DNA of 64,000 nucleotides from Lingula anatina (lineage: Eukaryota; Animalia; Brachiopoda), in assembly GCA_051362555.1 (NCBI GenBank), contig CM120642.1:22816001-22880000 (forward strand), written 5' to 3'. Below, in pieces: positions 1 through 14,700 of this stretch. The notes under the pieces are model-generated. The model saw nothing but the letters and a program-made list of their open reading frames with translations. It was not told where the DNA came from and did not search any database. The first letter of the stretch is position 1. Every line of letters starts with the position of its first letter. The position numbers and the translations under genes are program-made.

Positions 1-97
1 CTGTCCCGGTAGCACTAAAACTTCTGAACTGTCCACGGGTATTAGGTCCATAGTGGAACTCTGGCCAGAGATAGTCCTTGGTGACTTCGCCTGCCAT
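1..97 (-). CDS. Candidate first coding exon of an unidentified gene running off the left edge
   Basis: ATG at 97 lies just downstream of a pyrimidine-rich acceptor-like tract (ttttaag/cgtag). The frame is open to position 1: MAGEVTKDYLWPEFHYGPNTRGQFRSFSATGT. No homology recognised. Confidence 0.2.
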   Translation of the reverse strand, partial: MAGEVTKDYLWPEFHYGPNTRGQFRSFSATGT

Positions 98-3000
98 CTA
101 CGTCACTTAAAATAGGCTTCAAAAACAAAATAATGCAATAAATTACGACAGAGCATGAAATGGGATATAGGGGTTTAATGGAAGACGATTGCTTGGCATT
201 GGATATAAAACGGTTTGACTGGCTACGAGTCCGTGTCGTCTCTGTCGACAAAGGTCTGTCTGTGTGCAAGGCAGACAACTTTCATTTTTGATGATCTGAC
301 TGAATTGTGCGAAATTTTGTGGTGCTGACAAAATTTCAAGAGTAGATCATCTGTTCACGCATTTTGTGTTTTAACATATTAAAACCGCCATGGCAAAGCA
401 TGTAGCCTGCTTCAAAACGAAGTCAAAATGAGACTAGTTTCAATTTAAACAGCAACAAGAATGCATTTAACTAGAAACAAAAGTCTTAAAAAAGAATACA
501 CAGTATATGAATATACCTTAAAGGTAGATTGTTCACACTAGGAGCGCTATAGGCCTAGTGATAAAATCATGTTTATTTCAATCTCTAAAAATAAACGATC
601 GATCTCAATTTGGCAGAAGTTATTACAACATGCATTGCCCTTTAAATTAATGAGATCGAGGCCCTAGTTCGGAGAGTGAGAATGCAATATGCCACTGCCT
701 GGATAGGAGAAACAATATCACAATGGAAACAGTGAGGTTCGCACTGGAGGCTGTTTTTCCCTGGTGCCAATTGCATAATGAACGTGAAGCGACCGTGTCG
801 ATCTTTCATAGATAATCGATACCTACTCTTACCAACACAGCAAAATGTATTTTTCTTATCATGCCCCACACTTGACCCGACTTTCTGTGACTGCGCGGGC
901 GAAAATTATTTTTTAGCCTCAGCAATTTTGTCGTTTGGGAATATTGATTCATGGAAACTCTTTCTGGTACACTTTGATTTGTCTATGGTGGTCTGCTTGA
1001 CCTTTACCATAACGTGGAAGCAATTATTACGCTTTGTTGTATCATATTATCTGGAAAGGGCCCACATGCATCGGCTAATATCAGTTCTTGATAACACTGA
1101 ATACACGAAAGAAGAAATAACAGCCAATTGCTTCAACTAGATTGTGTCTAAAATAACCTAACCAATTTACGTTGAATTTTATTGAAGTGCGTGACTGCAT
1201 TGAGTGCTTTGCTCATATAATCCTTGTTGGTTATGCGGAAATGATCAAACTGATTTCATTAGATTTATTTTTAGTAATTCAATTTCTACCTTTTTTCTAT
1301 TTTCTCTCGAAATGTGTTTCTGATATGATGAATTGATCATCTAGCTCACTGAATGTATGAAGTAATACATAAATGTCATCAACAATAAAAACATAAGAAT
1401 AGCAAAGTTATATATACACAGGTTATCGTTTGTGTGATTTTGTTTGGTTAGAAGAGCAGTGAACAAGATCCAGCACCCAGTGCAAACCGTCAGACAGCTC
1501 TAACCCCCAATACAAGCGTTATCCCAATACATGCATGCAGAATCTAGTGACAATCTGCAGGTAATGTGAAGCTGCAGTTCAAAGCTTGGGAAGGCAAGCC
1601 ATCTATAATTGGTCTACTGTTTATTTTCTGGGTACATTTTTAATAAGATTCGTTTGATTTTTTTTATGATAAGCTGTTTAACCGGGAGGTACCTTTTTTC
1701 TGTTGGAGCACTCCTTTAAGCCATTTGCTATTAGACACTAAGTTAATATAGTCATTCCAATATCAAAATATATTTATGTGACGTATTTTCTAATAGAAAT
1801 CCCAACTTTAATACAAGGTTTATAAAATATACATGAAATCGTACAGCTAAAATACAAACGAAATCCCCAAAAATAACCGTGATAAAAGAAGGTTTTGAAA
1901 AATTCAAGGTGTTGCTCAAATTATGAACCTCAGTGTATGTGCAGGTCCCGCGGTGTAAAGCTATACTGTGCGTGTCATTGAGGTGTTACTGATGTGTTCC
2001 AGGCAATAAGCTGTGCGCTGATACGGGTGGCGCTGTTCAGATATTATGTTACCAGCATCGATATCGGGCTCCTATGAATTGTCTGCAGAAAAGGAGTATG
2101 TTTTTCACGTTTTTTACATTCATATGCAATAAAATACACTTTTTGACAGGGAAACGTGCATGCGTCAGCAGGTAGTAGTGATGCAGCACATACACATGTA
2201 TTACAATCAGTGCTGCCTCTATCATTCAGACCTTGGACGGATTTTATTCGTTTTATTCATTCCAAAACAGTCTGACGCTTGTTGACATGGTGTGAAAGGG
2301 CTTTTATAAGCATTAAATATCTAATAGCGACAGTTTCATAGTCATCACGTATCGTACACAGCAGCTTTAATACAAACAACCCTGGATAAATATAATAAAT
2401 TTTGTATTCTGCAGTACCTTGGTAGACGCACGGGTATTTTCTACAGGTTGAAAGCCAGAGTACATTACCATGTCTATGTTCTGTGCACGGCACCAACACC
2501 AGTGCATGCGGCATAAATCTTAAATGATTTTGTGCTGAATTACTCATTTTCTTGATTTGCATGTGGTGTGTTTTACAAAAGATGACTGGAACTGGTCAAA
2601 AATTTCTATATTTAAAATTTAAACAGTGCGAAAATCTAAAAGTAAAATGAAATCCTGTATAGATTTATTTAATTAGTCGGTGGTTTACATTTGATGCCTC
2701 TCCACAAGAGCGACCAATTGCGCGACATTCACGTTCAATTGAAATGCATCAGGCTAAAATATCTAAAGTAAAAAAGCAAATAATCAAGCAGTTTTCATTG
2801 ACGGTTTTCAACCGTCCAAATGTTCCTTCTCCGAAATACCGACAATATTTCAGAAATTACAACGTACGACAGTTTTCAGTGTTATGTTTACCCTGTATTG
2901 TAAGTCTTCCCATTAGGGCCCATAACCTTTAAATGCAGAAATACAAGCCAGCAATGAGAAACCCAAGGCTAAACATGCGCATATGTAATTAAACGTTACA

Positions 3001-6000
3001 CTGCTGGGCATATAAGTGACAAGTTACAGTTTTTCGATGCATGTGCTTGATATTTGTGTTTCATATTTATATCTCGCAAATGACGCACAAAAAGTACTTC
3101 TTTTAACATTTGTAGACACTTGCTTTGAGGTATATTTTCTGGCCGTCTGACCGTCTGTTCAACACCCACTAGTACATGTTCATGTGCCCTTCCCCGCTCT
3201 CATTGGTCGCACGGTTCTTTCAGCCATAGCATGTGTCCCTTCTTCCCTTCATTCATCCCCTGCTTCGTTGGTTCATTTATTTGTGCATCCATTCATTCAT
3301 CCATTCTTTAAGTTGCTTGTTCGTTTGTTCAATTATCCATTCTCCCAACCAATTTGCTCATCAATCAATAGATCAAGTCTCTAGGACCATTCCAATTACA
3401 TTTGTTCCTTTAAAATATACTGTTCGCGTTCGAAAAGGCCCCAAGTCATAGTTACTTTGTCTATATATAAATACTGAAAAGCTACTCACATTTCCCAATT
3501 CAGACCTTAAAAGCGATAAAAAATAAGAGCACCTGACGTCAATATTTTCTTATAAAGTGCAGGAAGACATAAAGGTCTCAGTGACTGGTTAGACATTAGG
3601 AACTATATCATTTGATCAGAAAGGTTTCAAACATCGAGTCCAAGTGCAGGAATGGGTTGAGCAATGATTTGTGAGTAGGAGAAATACACCATTCTTGGGG
3701 CAAATTGAATTTGGCGGGAAAGTGTCGGTTTGGATCCTTTAATTTTCTATAAAAATATACCGTGCTTATGTCACATTGCCTTTTTAATTTTTGAAATCAC
3801 TAACCTTTGTCCCAAGAAAAGCGGAAATTAAAGAAATACCTGGGATGACACAACTTAAGTTCAGTAAGTGCTTTCATACTTCTTTATTTTATGGTTAGCT
3901 TTCAGTAAAGAACTTGATACAGCTAATGCCGCTTACTACTTGAAAATTGAACATGGTGTTATATGTGTTCATTTATTCCACCGTTAATCAATCAATTAAT
4001 TAACCAATTATTTTTGAGCCCAAATCTTTTTATCCGTCCTGTCGAAACCAAATGGTAATACTTCCAAGTGCTTAAAATTAGTTCTTTATCTATCGTAATT
4101 AGTCCTTAACCAAAACAGGCTTGAATGTATAAAAAGAAAGTGAAACCATGTTACGTGTATCAAACCTATTCATTTAACTGAAATGCTTATGACGGTTTCA
4201 GCGTGTGCATTTTTGATAAGACCTATGCTATCAATACCTGACGCTGGTATCCGGGTGCCCTTGGTCCAAGAAATGCCTCACTGACGCGTCTAACCATGCT
4301 AATTTTAGGTGGATGACGAACAGAATTCGCTCTGGATGCCACCCGCGCCAGCCCAGCCATCTTGTCTGCTACAACCAACTTATCTCTCGGCGTATCCTTT
4401 ACTCCAGATTTCACCCGCTTGTCTGTTCTGTGCAATTAATTTGCTGCAAAGCAAACCAGGTGCTATATGCTGGTTTTTCTTGATTGTTAACGATTCTTCT
4501 TTCCTTCCGTGATTATCGACAGCTTGTATGTCAATGGTAAATTGTGGTTCGTTTTAACGCTTATCAAAGATCGCTGTCACGTGACAATTTGTCAAATTGA
4601 CAGTTCTCATGTATGTAGGGTGTAGTCGCAGGCAGAGTTTCCCTAAAATTAAGCTCCTATCAATATTGGTTAGTTCGTTCTCTTTAGAATTTCCGAATAG
4701 CACAATACTAACAAGGAAAAACACAAAATGTTCACTATCACATGTGTAAAGTATAACTTGTAATGCATACAGCTGCTCGTCTCGAACGTTGTCTTTCCAG
4801 TCAAGATGGACCGGCCTTACTAAGCGGGTAATACAACTACCAGTAGCTCACCTCAGACAGTCAGCCTAACGACATGGGACCAATACAGAGCGTTGAACGG
4901 CGCAGCAGAAATATTAATTTCCTTTCCATGGTAACCCAAAGCATACAACCAGCCGACGGGAGTTAATACTGCATGGGACATTTCGAGTTCAACCTAACTT
5001 GACTGGAACTAGTCCAGTCGCAGGGAAACGGAATACAAGCGGAATCCTGTTTGGACAAAAGATGTGATCGACTTCTTCTGATTGCTAGGAATACAGTGCA
5101 CAAGACAGGTGTTGTGTATTTAGGTTTACTGAAGGTTCGGATACATGATTTATTTAATGCTGAGATACCAGTATAGTGAGCATTAATGATTATCACACAG
5201 CTGTTTGGGTCGCATCAGGCCGATTTCAGTGGCTTCGTTCACACGATAATATTTTAACCAAGGCCTGAATATATACAAGACACTCGCGAAACCAATGAGT
5301 GCGTTCAGTCAGGACTTGATAGAACTTAGCTCTTTACTAATTGAAAGCTGACACGATTCCATATTTATTCATTCATTCGTTAATGAACTAATTAACTGCT
5401 GAGTTATTTAACTGTTTAGAAATAGTTTGAAAAGATTGTTTGCTTCTTGTGAGCAATTAGGAATTCGATATAATAAAACTGATGACCAGTGAGATATGAG
5501 TTAATATGACATGTATAGTTTTACATGTACCATGTGCATGTATCTACCCAGTGCTTGGCAGGCGATAACTGTCATGCTCGTCAGATGACGTCAAATGACG
5601 GGGTTTAGGCGATTCCAAGATCTAAAAATTTTGTGTTTGAACTCAACTTTGAATTGTCATGTCCTTGGGTTTTTACAAAGGTATCACTTATCAAAGTATT
5701 TATTGCAAAGAGTATTGCATATCATTGGGTTTCACGGAGAGGATTTAACAGATGTGCTCAATAAGAATAACAAAACTTGAAACAACAAATCACCGCTGGA
5801 GAAGTCTTTTTAACACAAGTACATTTTAGGAAATATTTTTTATATCAAAATACCTTTTCTACAATTTTACTTCAGATTATTTTTATTACGCATATTTTCC
5901 AACAGAGCCTAGGAAAGTATAGGCTTTGGTTTAATTTTCCCCCAATTCCTCAGGATGTATACGCAAAGCAGTGCAAGAGGGGGAAATATTTTTGTTACCC

Positions 6001-6172
6001 TTTTAAATCATGTCGCAGCCGCAATAGCCGTATAATTCAACCCTTTGGACACCCCATATTAAAATTGTTACTGTCATATTTTGCAGATTAACCTTATAAC
6101 CATAAAGCGTCGATCCAGTTCTTTTCTCCTACCTGCCATCTTTGTAAGTTGCAAAGATTACGCTGTTACTAA

Positions 6173-6364
6173 GGGCGTATTCCCAGACATTTAGATCGAT
6201 CTATCCCCGTGGGGAGTCTCACTAGATTACTGTCAAATAATCCGGCTTAAATGTCCGTCCCGCCTACCACAAGCTGTACAGCTCGGCTGACAGCTACTTA
6301 GCGTGAACCCCCAGGGAGTTAGGTCGATCTAGTTTGGATGGATCCAATCTCTGGGAATGGGGTC
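6173..6364 (+). mobile_element. PIF/Harbinger-like MITE, family 1 copy 1
   Basis: Imperfect TIRs (gggcgtattcccaga...tctgggaatggggtc), TAA/TTA flanks, internal gatcgatcta motifs. Related copies at 9232 and 58057. Confidence 0.65.
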
Positions 6365-7855
6365 TTAGACTGTCTTTCCGTATATATAAAACGTAACCAC
6401 CCGGTACGCTGCGTTAGTGGCAAATTAAATGGTCCCCTTTTTACTGCAACTTTACAAAACTTTTAGTGTCTGAAATGAAAGATCCGTGGAGGGTTTTTAA
6501 GGCAAAAGAAGATAGATAAAGGTAAAATTTTCTTACAATGTTATTTATTGATGACATTTTCGCATCATCTAAAATATTGGAAATAAATCATTTCAATAAA
6601 TGAGGACTGGTTTTGTGATTGTTGTTGTTGATGGAGATTTAAACAACAGTTCGAAAAGGAAGGGAATATTCCGTTCTCTATATAGCCCAGCCTACCACTG
6701 TACGGAATGGGAGAGAGAGAGAGAGAGAGACGATCTTGTAGACAATGTTTTTAGCTCATCAAAACCATAGAAAAGTTCAATGTGCTTGACGTCAAACGTC
6801 ACTTTCGGGCTGTAAAAGAAAACAGCAGAGGAAGTCTGTGTGGTCGTTGCTTGTCGCTATAGTCCACATTACCAATGCAGAACGGTTATCTTTAGATTTA
6901 AACAATCAATACCTAAGCTTGGGCGCGTCAGAGCTACTGTGCGTTGACGTTAGAGGGACGCCTGCGTATTCATGTACACATCGATGGGACGAAAATACTG
7001 TCATACTGTCAGAGTGACAAGAAGTCCATTAAGATTACCTGGTGCAAATAAAACACTCAGCCGCATTTCCTACTAGGTGTTTTCACACGTGACAGATCAA
7101 TCGATCATTTACTTCGTAATGAAAAACAATCAATTCGTTTTCAGTCTAGGTGGGTTCGACCGGGAGTCCAACATAACAGAAACTCGATCTGTACCGACTG
7201 TGGCATATGAAACAGTCATTGCGTTGGTTAACTTCTATAAAGAGTAGCAAATGATACAAGTTCATACCATGCACCAATTAACGACTGAATAGAAAGGATG
7301 TTCGAGGTAGGCCATCGACCGTAATGGTCGCAAGCTTACAAACCTGCATAGAAATTGTGAAGAATATAAATAGCAGAAAATAAGCACAATAATGTAAGTT
7401 ACTGTAAGTATTTCCGTGAAATCAGGCAAATGATAATTCGGTCCTGACATCAGTCTTTACTATATGTAAACACACAAATCAGTCTAATAGACCCAGACCT
7501 TCTGTAAAATATTTTGATAATACACATTGTAAAAACATTTCCCTTTAAAGAATGGTAGCAGTGTTAAGAAATCTCCACGTGGCACTGGCATTGGTCGTCA
7601 AATATGCAGCACCAGTCTTACTGTCATGGCGCAAATCATTAAAAAAATAATATAAATAAACTAGATGTTGTAAGATGACATGTAAAATCATCGGCCAGTC
7701 TTGTCTGCATGCCAGTTTTACCGCGCTAAGATCCTAGATCTTTCCATGGCACAAGGTTCATTTATATTATTTTTCATTTGACCTTTTCTGAGTTTAAATA
7801 TGGTCACCAGACAAATAGATTGTTTGATTAATAATTTTGAAAAGTGGATTTCTTC

Positions 7856-7860
<5 letters not shown>

Positions 7861-7909
<49 letters not shown>

Positions 7910-7934
7910 GCACACACACACACACACACACACA
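7861..7934. repeat. (CT)n(CA)n microsatellite
   Basis: Direct reading of the sequence. Confidence 0.95.
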
Positions 7935-8222
7935 TCCCAAGCATCCACAATGAGGTACATTAGTTGTGATGCTAAGAGTGCAGCTTAGACCATCGATTAA
8001 GTTTGCTTGCCAGGCGGCTGAATTCAGGCCTTTTACAGATGTAAGTTACATCTGGCGTGAACTGAACTTAGTCTGTTAAAGAATGACTTAAATACACAGG
8101 TACTCTATCTCTTTCCCTTATTAAATGCACAACTACACTGTATCAATAAATACAGAGTGGATCTAGTCACGTACATGTTACGATCCGAGAAACTATTAGC
8201 CGATTTGTTCAATACAATCAAC

Positions 8223-8226
<4 letters not shown>

Positions 8227-8268
<42 letters not shown>
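8227..8268. repeat. (AC)n microsatellite
   Basis: Direct reading of the sequence. Confidence 0.95.
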
Positions 8269-8273
<5 letters not shown>

Positions 8274-9231
8274 AATAAATAAATAAATAAGAATAAAAAC
8301 AGGGTACAATATGTACTAGTATGTTGTTTATTTGTTACTATAGTTTTTCAGAGTCCCTATATGAAGTATAGCGGTATGATTATGTAGTTCACATTTTTTA
8401 TAATATAGTTAATAACCTTTCCTTATAAATATGGCACAGCGTTCGTAACATCATTGTGTTTCCTGCGCTAACCGTGAGACTAAGCAGTCTGAGCTAGTGA
8501 GCGAAGAAATAAAAACTACAATTGATCAGCTTACTTTATTCCCTTTCTTTTCATTTCTATATGTTCCCCGTCTAAAACCTTTTTAACCTTTATATTCTGC
8601 ACAAATTAGTTCTAGAGACTCTTAATCGATTTAGATTGTCCCAAGAGCAAAAGAAAAGATCATATTGCGGCTTTGGTGCATTAACTATTTAACCTTTTCT
8701 CAATGGTACTGTTGTAACCTTGTTGCTAGTGCGATGATGCTTGACCTAATAATATTGATTTCCGTCAAATAGTCAAAAACATTTACGAAAATAAAAAAAG
8801 AAGATATAGGATAACGTAAACACTTATTACGTCAAAGGAAGAACAATTCTTCATATGGGATTCATAATTCCACAATTAATACATTGTAAGCAGAACTTAT
8901 AATATAATAAATTCCTTTTTTACCACCGAAAAACGGCGGTTGTCTCAATTATTCTGAAATCTGTGCTTGCCATCGGACTACGTGGACCTTCATAGATGGC
9001 TATCTTATCATATCCCGTCCCGTAGTCTGATTGACTGTGGGGGACCACTTGAAGATTTTGCTGCCAGCTCTCTCCACTCCCATCTGTTGTCTGTTTTTCT
9101 GAGGATGCTGCTCTACTTTAGCCCGTGGAATCTGTGAATTTTTTATCTCCGACCTCTTTTTCGGACTTGCTCGGCTTCTTAGAAGGCTGCCCATTACTAC
9201 GAAAACACGCTTTAAAAATCTACTAACTTTC

Positions 9232-9445
9232 ACCCCATTTCCATAGATTAGATCGACCCACTTTAGATCGACCTAACTCCCTGGGGGTTCACGCTAAATA
9301 GCTGTCAGCCGGGCGGACACGAAAGTTAATTACCCCCTTACAGCTGGTAGTAGGCGGGACGGACATTTAAGTCGGATTATCTGAAAGTAATCTAGTGAGA
9401 CTCCCCGCGGGGATAGATCGATCTAAAATCTATGGGAATAGAGCC
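9232..9445 (-). mobile_element. PIF/Harbinger-like MITE, family 1 copy 2 (inverted)
   Basis: Reverse-complement match to 6173-6364 (tagtgagactcccc, gggggttcacgcta, ggatagatcgatcta). Confidence 0.65.
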
Positions 9446-11605
9446 TTTGAACGTCAGAACGGATTATTTACCATTGTTTAGTATGGGAAAATCGTCGTTT
9501 ACTTTTTCCGCCAAAATGAAGAGGTGCTGGAGTGCAGCAGATGGGCTATCAACATGCATGCAGCATGCACGGTTACATGGGTAGTTGCTTGAAAGGATGA
9601 AAAGCTTTGTAAAAATTTAATAAGATAAGATAATATCAATAGATATCAGGTTTTATTTGACCGACAATAATTAAGTTGATAGAGCACTGGAACAATTGAT
9701 TTCTTAAGCGGCGAAAGTTCAGGAGTTTTGTGTTCCAACGAAAATCTTATGTAAGATGTTTAGTCATACATGTATATCCTTTTATACACAAGGACTGTAC
9801 GCTAGAGAATAATTAGCGTGTTTCTTAGGGACACGTAAGAAACAAGAAAAGAGAAGAAAATATGTTGATCGCAAAAGCTAGATAAAATCGGAATTTAAAA
9901 CCAGTTATCTCCAATACTAATATGTGCAGACTGTACCCAATACCAATTACCAATATAATAATAATAATAATGATAAGAAGAAGACGAAAGAGAAGAAGAA
10001 AAAGCTCAAGGTTTGAACCTGATGGAACCTGTGTTGAAAATGACCCCGATATTGAATCAACTGATCTGAACACAAGGACTGTATGAAGCTTCTCGACGTG
10101 AAACTCTAGCGATTCTGTCGAATAATCTTTGAGTAGTGGCTTTTGAACTCAGAAAGGTTGCATTATATTAATTCGTACAACTGTATTGTGTAAATATCAA
10201 GTGTTGTTGTAAAAACTCTTTCACCTCTCCGACCTCGCCCCTTTTAACTTGCACAAGCATTTTTGACACCATTCAAACAAGCCGTCTGCAACACTCTCTC
10301 AGTGTGGTTCTCTGGGGAAGCTACAAACAGATTGTAAACTAGTCTTGAACAGGTTCATTGGTAGTCTATGGTCTGCTCACGATCTGCCCTCGATCGATGA
10401 CAACGCTTTTCCCGTGGTTTGGCCCAGTCATTTGAAACAAGAGTCTAATTATTGAACTCTAAAGTGTTTGTGAAAATCAGTGTAGTGATGTAAACACGAA
10501 CGAAGGGGAAAAGTATGTACGAAGACGGCGTTTAATGCTCAAAATATCAAAACCACGCGGGTAAAATGCAGTTAAAAATTTTTCATTTCTTTGTATTAAT
10601 GTAGAAATAATAGGTAACAACCGGGAGATAAGAGTCAGAAATGAAAGTTATCTATGATATGTCACACCTATAGACCCGGCCCCCACCCTCCACCCCCACT
10701 TTTTTACTGCCGCACTAGCCTTAATTGCAGGGATCAGGGGGGCTGGGCGCCCTGTTCATTTCTTTCAATCCAATGTATACTTAAATAAGTTATTGAACAC
10801 AGTACGCCAAAGTAAATAACTGAGATTTTTAAAACGTTAAAACGTACTCCTCCTTCACCTTCTGACGTACCTTTTTTCACGTCTACTTTCAAAATACAAG
10901 TAAACTGCTTTACGAGCTAAATGAAAAAAAAAACGATTTTCCAGGCCTTTGGCATACGTAAATCAGTGGGCGTGTTCGCCTGGTATTTTAATAATGTCGA
11001 GTGAAATGAGGTTTAAAAACTTATTCCCAATTATCAAAATCCTGTACCCGCCATTGTACTTGTCATATTGCTCTGTCCATTGAGAAGAATAAGATATTTT
11101 AAGCCATCGATGTATTATCAATTCTGTATATCAGAGGTGCAAAGCCGCATTTTGCAACCGCCACGCGTTTAAAAACCAATTTTACAGCGACAAAAAATCT
11201 ATAAACATTTGATTTTCCGACCCCCTCCCCGACACTTAAAACTTGCATCACATCCAATTTGCGTTATGTTTATAATGTCAAAGAAGACAATTATATGCAA
11301 GTCCGATATCAGTCTTGAGCTACCTTTGAAAGGACAGAAAGGAGTGTTGTTTACACGTGGTAAATTATCACCCTTTATTCCAATTTGGTAATAAAATTAA
11401 GGTTCTGTCCCGAAGTTTTCTGTGATCGTGCAGATAACTACAGGTGGAGGACTAATACAGTAAGTATCTAAGACACCTGAAGCATTCTTCTTTAAAGAAG
11501 ATGAGAAACTATTGAAGAAATGGCTTATATCAATTCTTTGTTGATAAAATCTGACGTAATTACGAAACAAGACGTTTAAGACATTTAGCGAAGACTCGTC
11601 TCTGA

Positions 11606-11614
11606 AAAAAAAAG

Positions 11615-11688
<74 letters not shown>
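11606..11688. repeat. Poly-A plus (AT)n microsatellite just downstream of SLC22 gene A
   Basis: Direct reading of the sequence. Confidence 0.95.
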
Positions 11689-11692
<4 letters not shown>

Positions 11693-11769
11693 AATTTGTG
11701 CAGGTAGTGGCTTTGTAAACGCTTGGTCAGACCGTATTCCATACTGTATCTTTTGAAGCGATGTCTCAA

Positions 11770-14700
11770 TCACACTTTTGAACAATCCGTAGTAACAATG
11801 GACTCTCCGGTCTCTTCTTTATGCTTCTTAGCCTTGCAACCCAACCTGAAGTTATGAATAAAAAAGATAAAACAATTAAATTTAACATGACGAAGAGAGA
11901 CAGAAGACTATATTTCCTAGCTCACGTTTCCCGCTTACCCTCTACCAGGGCCTCAGTTATTATAGTGGGAATTTTTTACTGAGAGCCAAAATGACTGTCT
12001 ATTTATCTATAGACATATATGTGAATATCTGTGGAAAATCAATCTGTCTCCTTGGTAGAGGGTATTTCCCGCTCACGCTAACCACAGCCACGACTAGTCT
12101 ACCGACGCTGTTCTGTTTTATGGAAATACAAATCTCTTCCTTTTAACTGTGTAATGTGTATGTTCTTACATTTTCCTGTCGAGCACGACGTCCCATTCTT
12201 CCATGGTCTGCAAAAGTGGTTTGTTCAGGGTCTCAGGAACCAGGAGAATCAGGAACCCTGTGCAGATGGCCACTGCGCCCCATATAATGAAAGGAAGTGG
12301 TCTGTACATACGACCTAGGATTAGAATCTGAGGGGTGATTACGGCGCCAAGTCTAGAGACCGAAGAACAAAAACTCAAACCCATGTGCCTAGAATGTAGA
12401 AAAAAAAACTGCTATGTACAAACCATTTGCATGAATTGTACGAATATATTATTATTTCCGTATGTGCATAAATAAATGCATTTTCGCTTATTACTGTAAA
12501 ATTCACGAGTGATAACATAATGGCGCATTTAGAACAAGTTAATCCGCGGACTTACTTGAAAGCTAGTTACATAATCCTCTAACAGAAACTGAGTAGATTT
12601 CCTGCGGGGATAAGGCGGTAAGCTTTCAAGTGGGTCGGCCATATTTGATCCACGGATCTGTTAGAGGGCATTCAGAACAGCGGACTTACAGATCCGCGGA
12701 TCCAATATGGCCGACACACTTGAATACTTGTTGCATAATCACTGCAGGGAATCTATTTAGTGACTAATCGGGAATTAAGCGGCAAGCTTTTTGGTGGGTA
12801 GCCATATTTGATCCATGGATCTGTCAATTCCGCTGTTTTGAATGCCCTTGTAGTATGCAGATCAACTTCTATTGTGAATGCGGTCAAAGTTAAGTTATTA
12901 CTTTATACACAAACAGCAACAATAAAAAGGCTGTAATTTTAAGCAGGATTTTGGGTAGTAAAATACATGAACGTATAAAAAATGATTTGATATTACTCGA
13001 ATTATTAAATTTAACAAGTTTAAATATAATTTTTGGCGATGACATCAGTATCTTTATCTAGAAAGGATTGGAGATATCTTCAGTTACAGTACAGACGTCT
13101 AAAGAGACTTTTTTATGAAATGAAATACAATGTACAAAGCGCATTGTGATCAGGTTTACTGGTAAGCGTTAACTAGATTGAAATCCAAAGCTTCTTTTAT
13201 AAAATTTGTCAAGCAGAAAGTTACCTGATCACTGTTGGATAGCTCTCCACTATAAACATGTAAAGAACTGAGCGCGACAGAGTGATCAGCATCTTCCCCA
13301 GTGCGGCAAGAGTAATCGTCACAAAATACAAACCTGGCGGGACCAACAATATATATGGTGTTAGTATTTTAAAGTCTATCAATCATTGGGAAAACTTCAC
13401 TCTACGTGTATATTTTCATACATTCGGCCAAATTCTGCAGTAATGATAAGCACGAGTCGTCATACACAAATCTACTACGTATGATAATAGGACAAGAACA
13501 ATTGCACACATTAAAAAGGGTTGGGAATTTTTTTAAAGGAATGAAAGACTGGGTTCTAATCCCTAGATCGATCTAGCAGGATCGAGCTATCTCCGAAGGG
13601 TTTTTCGCTAAATTGCTTTCAGCTTAAGCGGCTTAGATGTCTGACACGCCAACTGAAGCTGCTAAACGATAATTGACTACCACCTAGACGCTTCAGTAGG
13701 CGTGAGTGACGTCTAAGCCGCTTAAGTTGATAGCAATTTAGCGAGAATCCCTTCGTAGATTGATCGATCCACAGTTAGTGCGACAGGGTTTGGGAATGGT
13801 ACCTTACACTTGACACTATAATAAATGAATGAATTGTATTAAAGTTCACACATTCCTTTGATTTAATGTAATGCAAATATATTATCCACATCAAGGCTGC
13901 ATTTTAAAGAACAATCTTCCCGACAGCCATCCTTACACTGTATTACAAATTATCTCCAAGAAGGAAGGGTAGGCCTACAGTTTTTCTGTACCTCATTTTC
14001 CATGCTGTGTGGTTATAGTTTTTTCAGTACAAAAAATATTCGGACTTCGTGTCCAGCTGTCCAATAAAAACCTGTCCTAATAGCTATAGTTCTGTTAGCG
14101 CCATCGCCATCTAAATATATCAAGCATTTTTATCTGTCTCTGTAATTCTTCATAATGTTCCATATCTATCCATACTTACTTTCAGGGATGAACCCAGAAG
14201 CTATGCAAAGACTGCCACCCAGACAGATTGTCACAAAGATCGTCTTCCGTCGCCCAAATTTGTCTATGAAGAAGGCGGCTGCCAATAGCCCTGGGATATC
14301 TGCTGCTCCAAGTAGGGCAAAACTGAGATATAGACTACCTCCCAGACCCTTGGCATTCAGAGTTAACCCATAATAGCACATCGCGTTAACCAACCTGGAA
14401 GGGAAAATAACGTTTTCTTTTTTTTTTTGCATGGACATTGGGATATACTGCCACTGTAAGCACATGTATACACATGTAGAAAGCGTCCTTACATGCTGTG
14501 CAGATATCATTCCGTCAGTTTAACCTTCTGAACAACATTCGTAAAATTGAAAATAGTCAAAGAATGGTCAAGAAAATAAGGTAAGTAAATTACTATTGAA
14601 ATGACCAAATTTTTATGATAAACCGTTTAACCATATTGCTATATGTATAAAACATTTGAACATTTCTCACCAGATGAAAGCCAGTATCGAAGTTATAAGA

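Noticed and set aside
11770-11781. C-terminal SKV/SEL/SYL as peroxisomal PTS1 signals
   Set aside because: These are polytopic membrane transporters, and the middle residue is not consistently basic. A PDZ motif fits better.
12166-12169. ORF-track stops at ...DRKM*/DRNM* as the true SLC22 C-termini
   Set aside because: The stop overlaps a GTAAGA donor, and a conserved 76-nt coding exon follows in all three genes.
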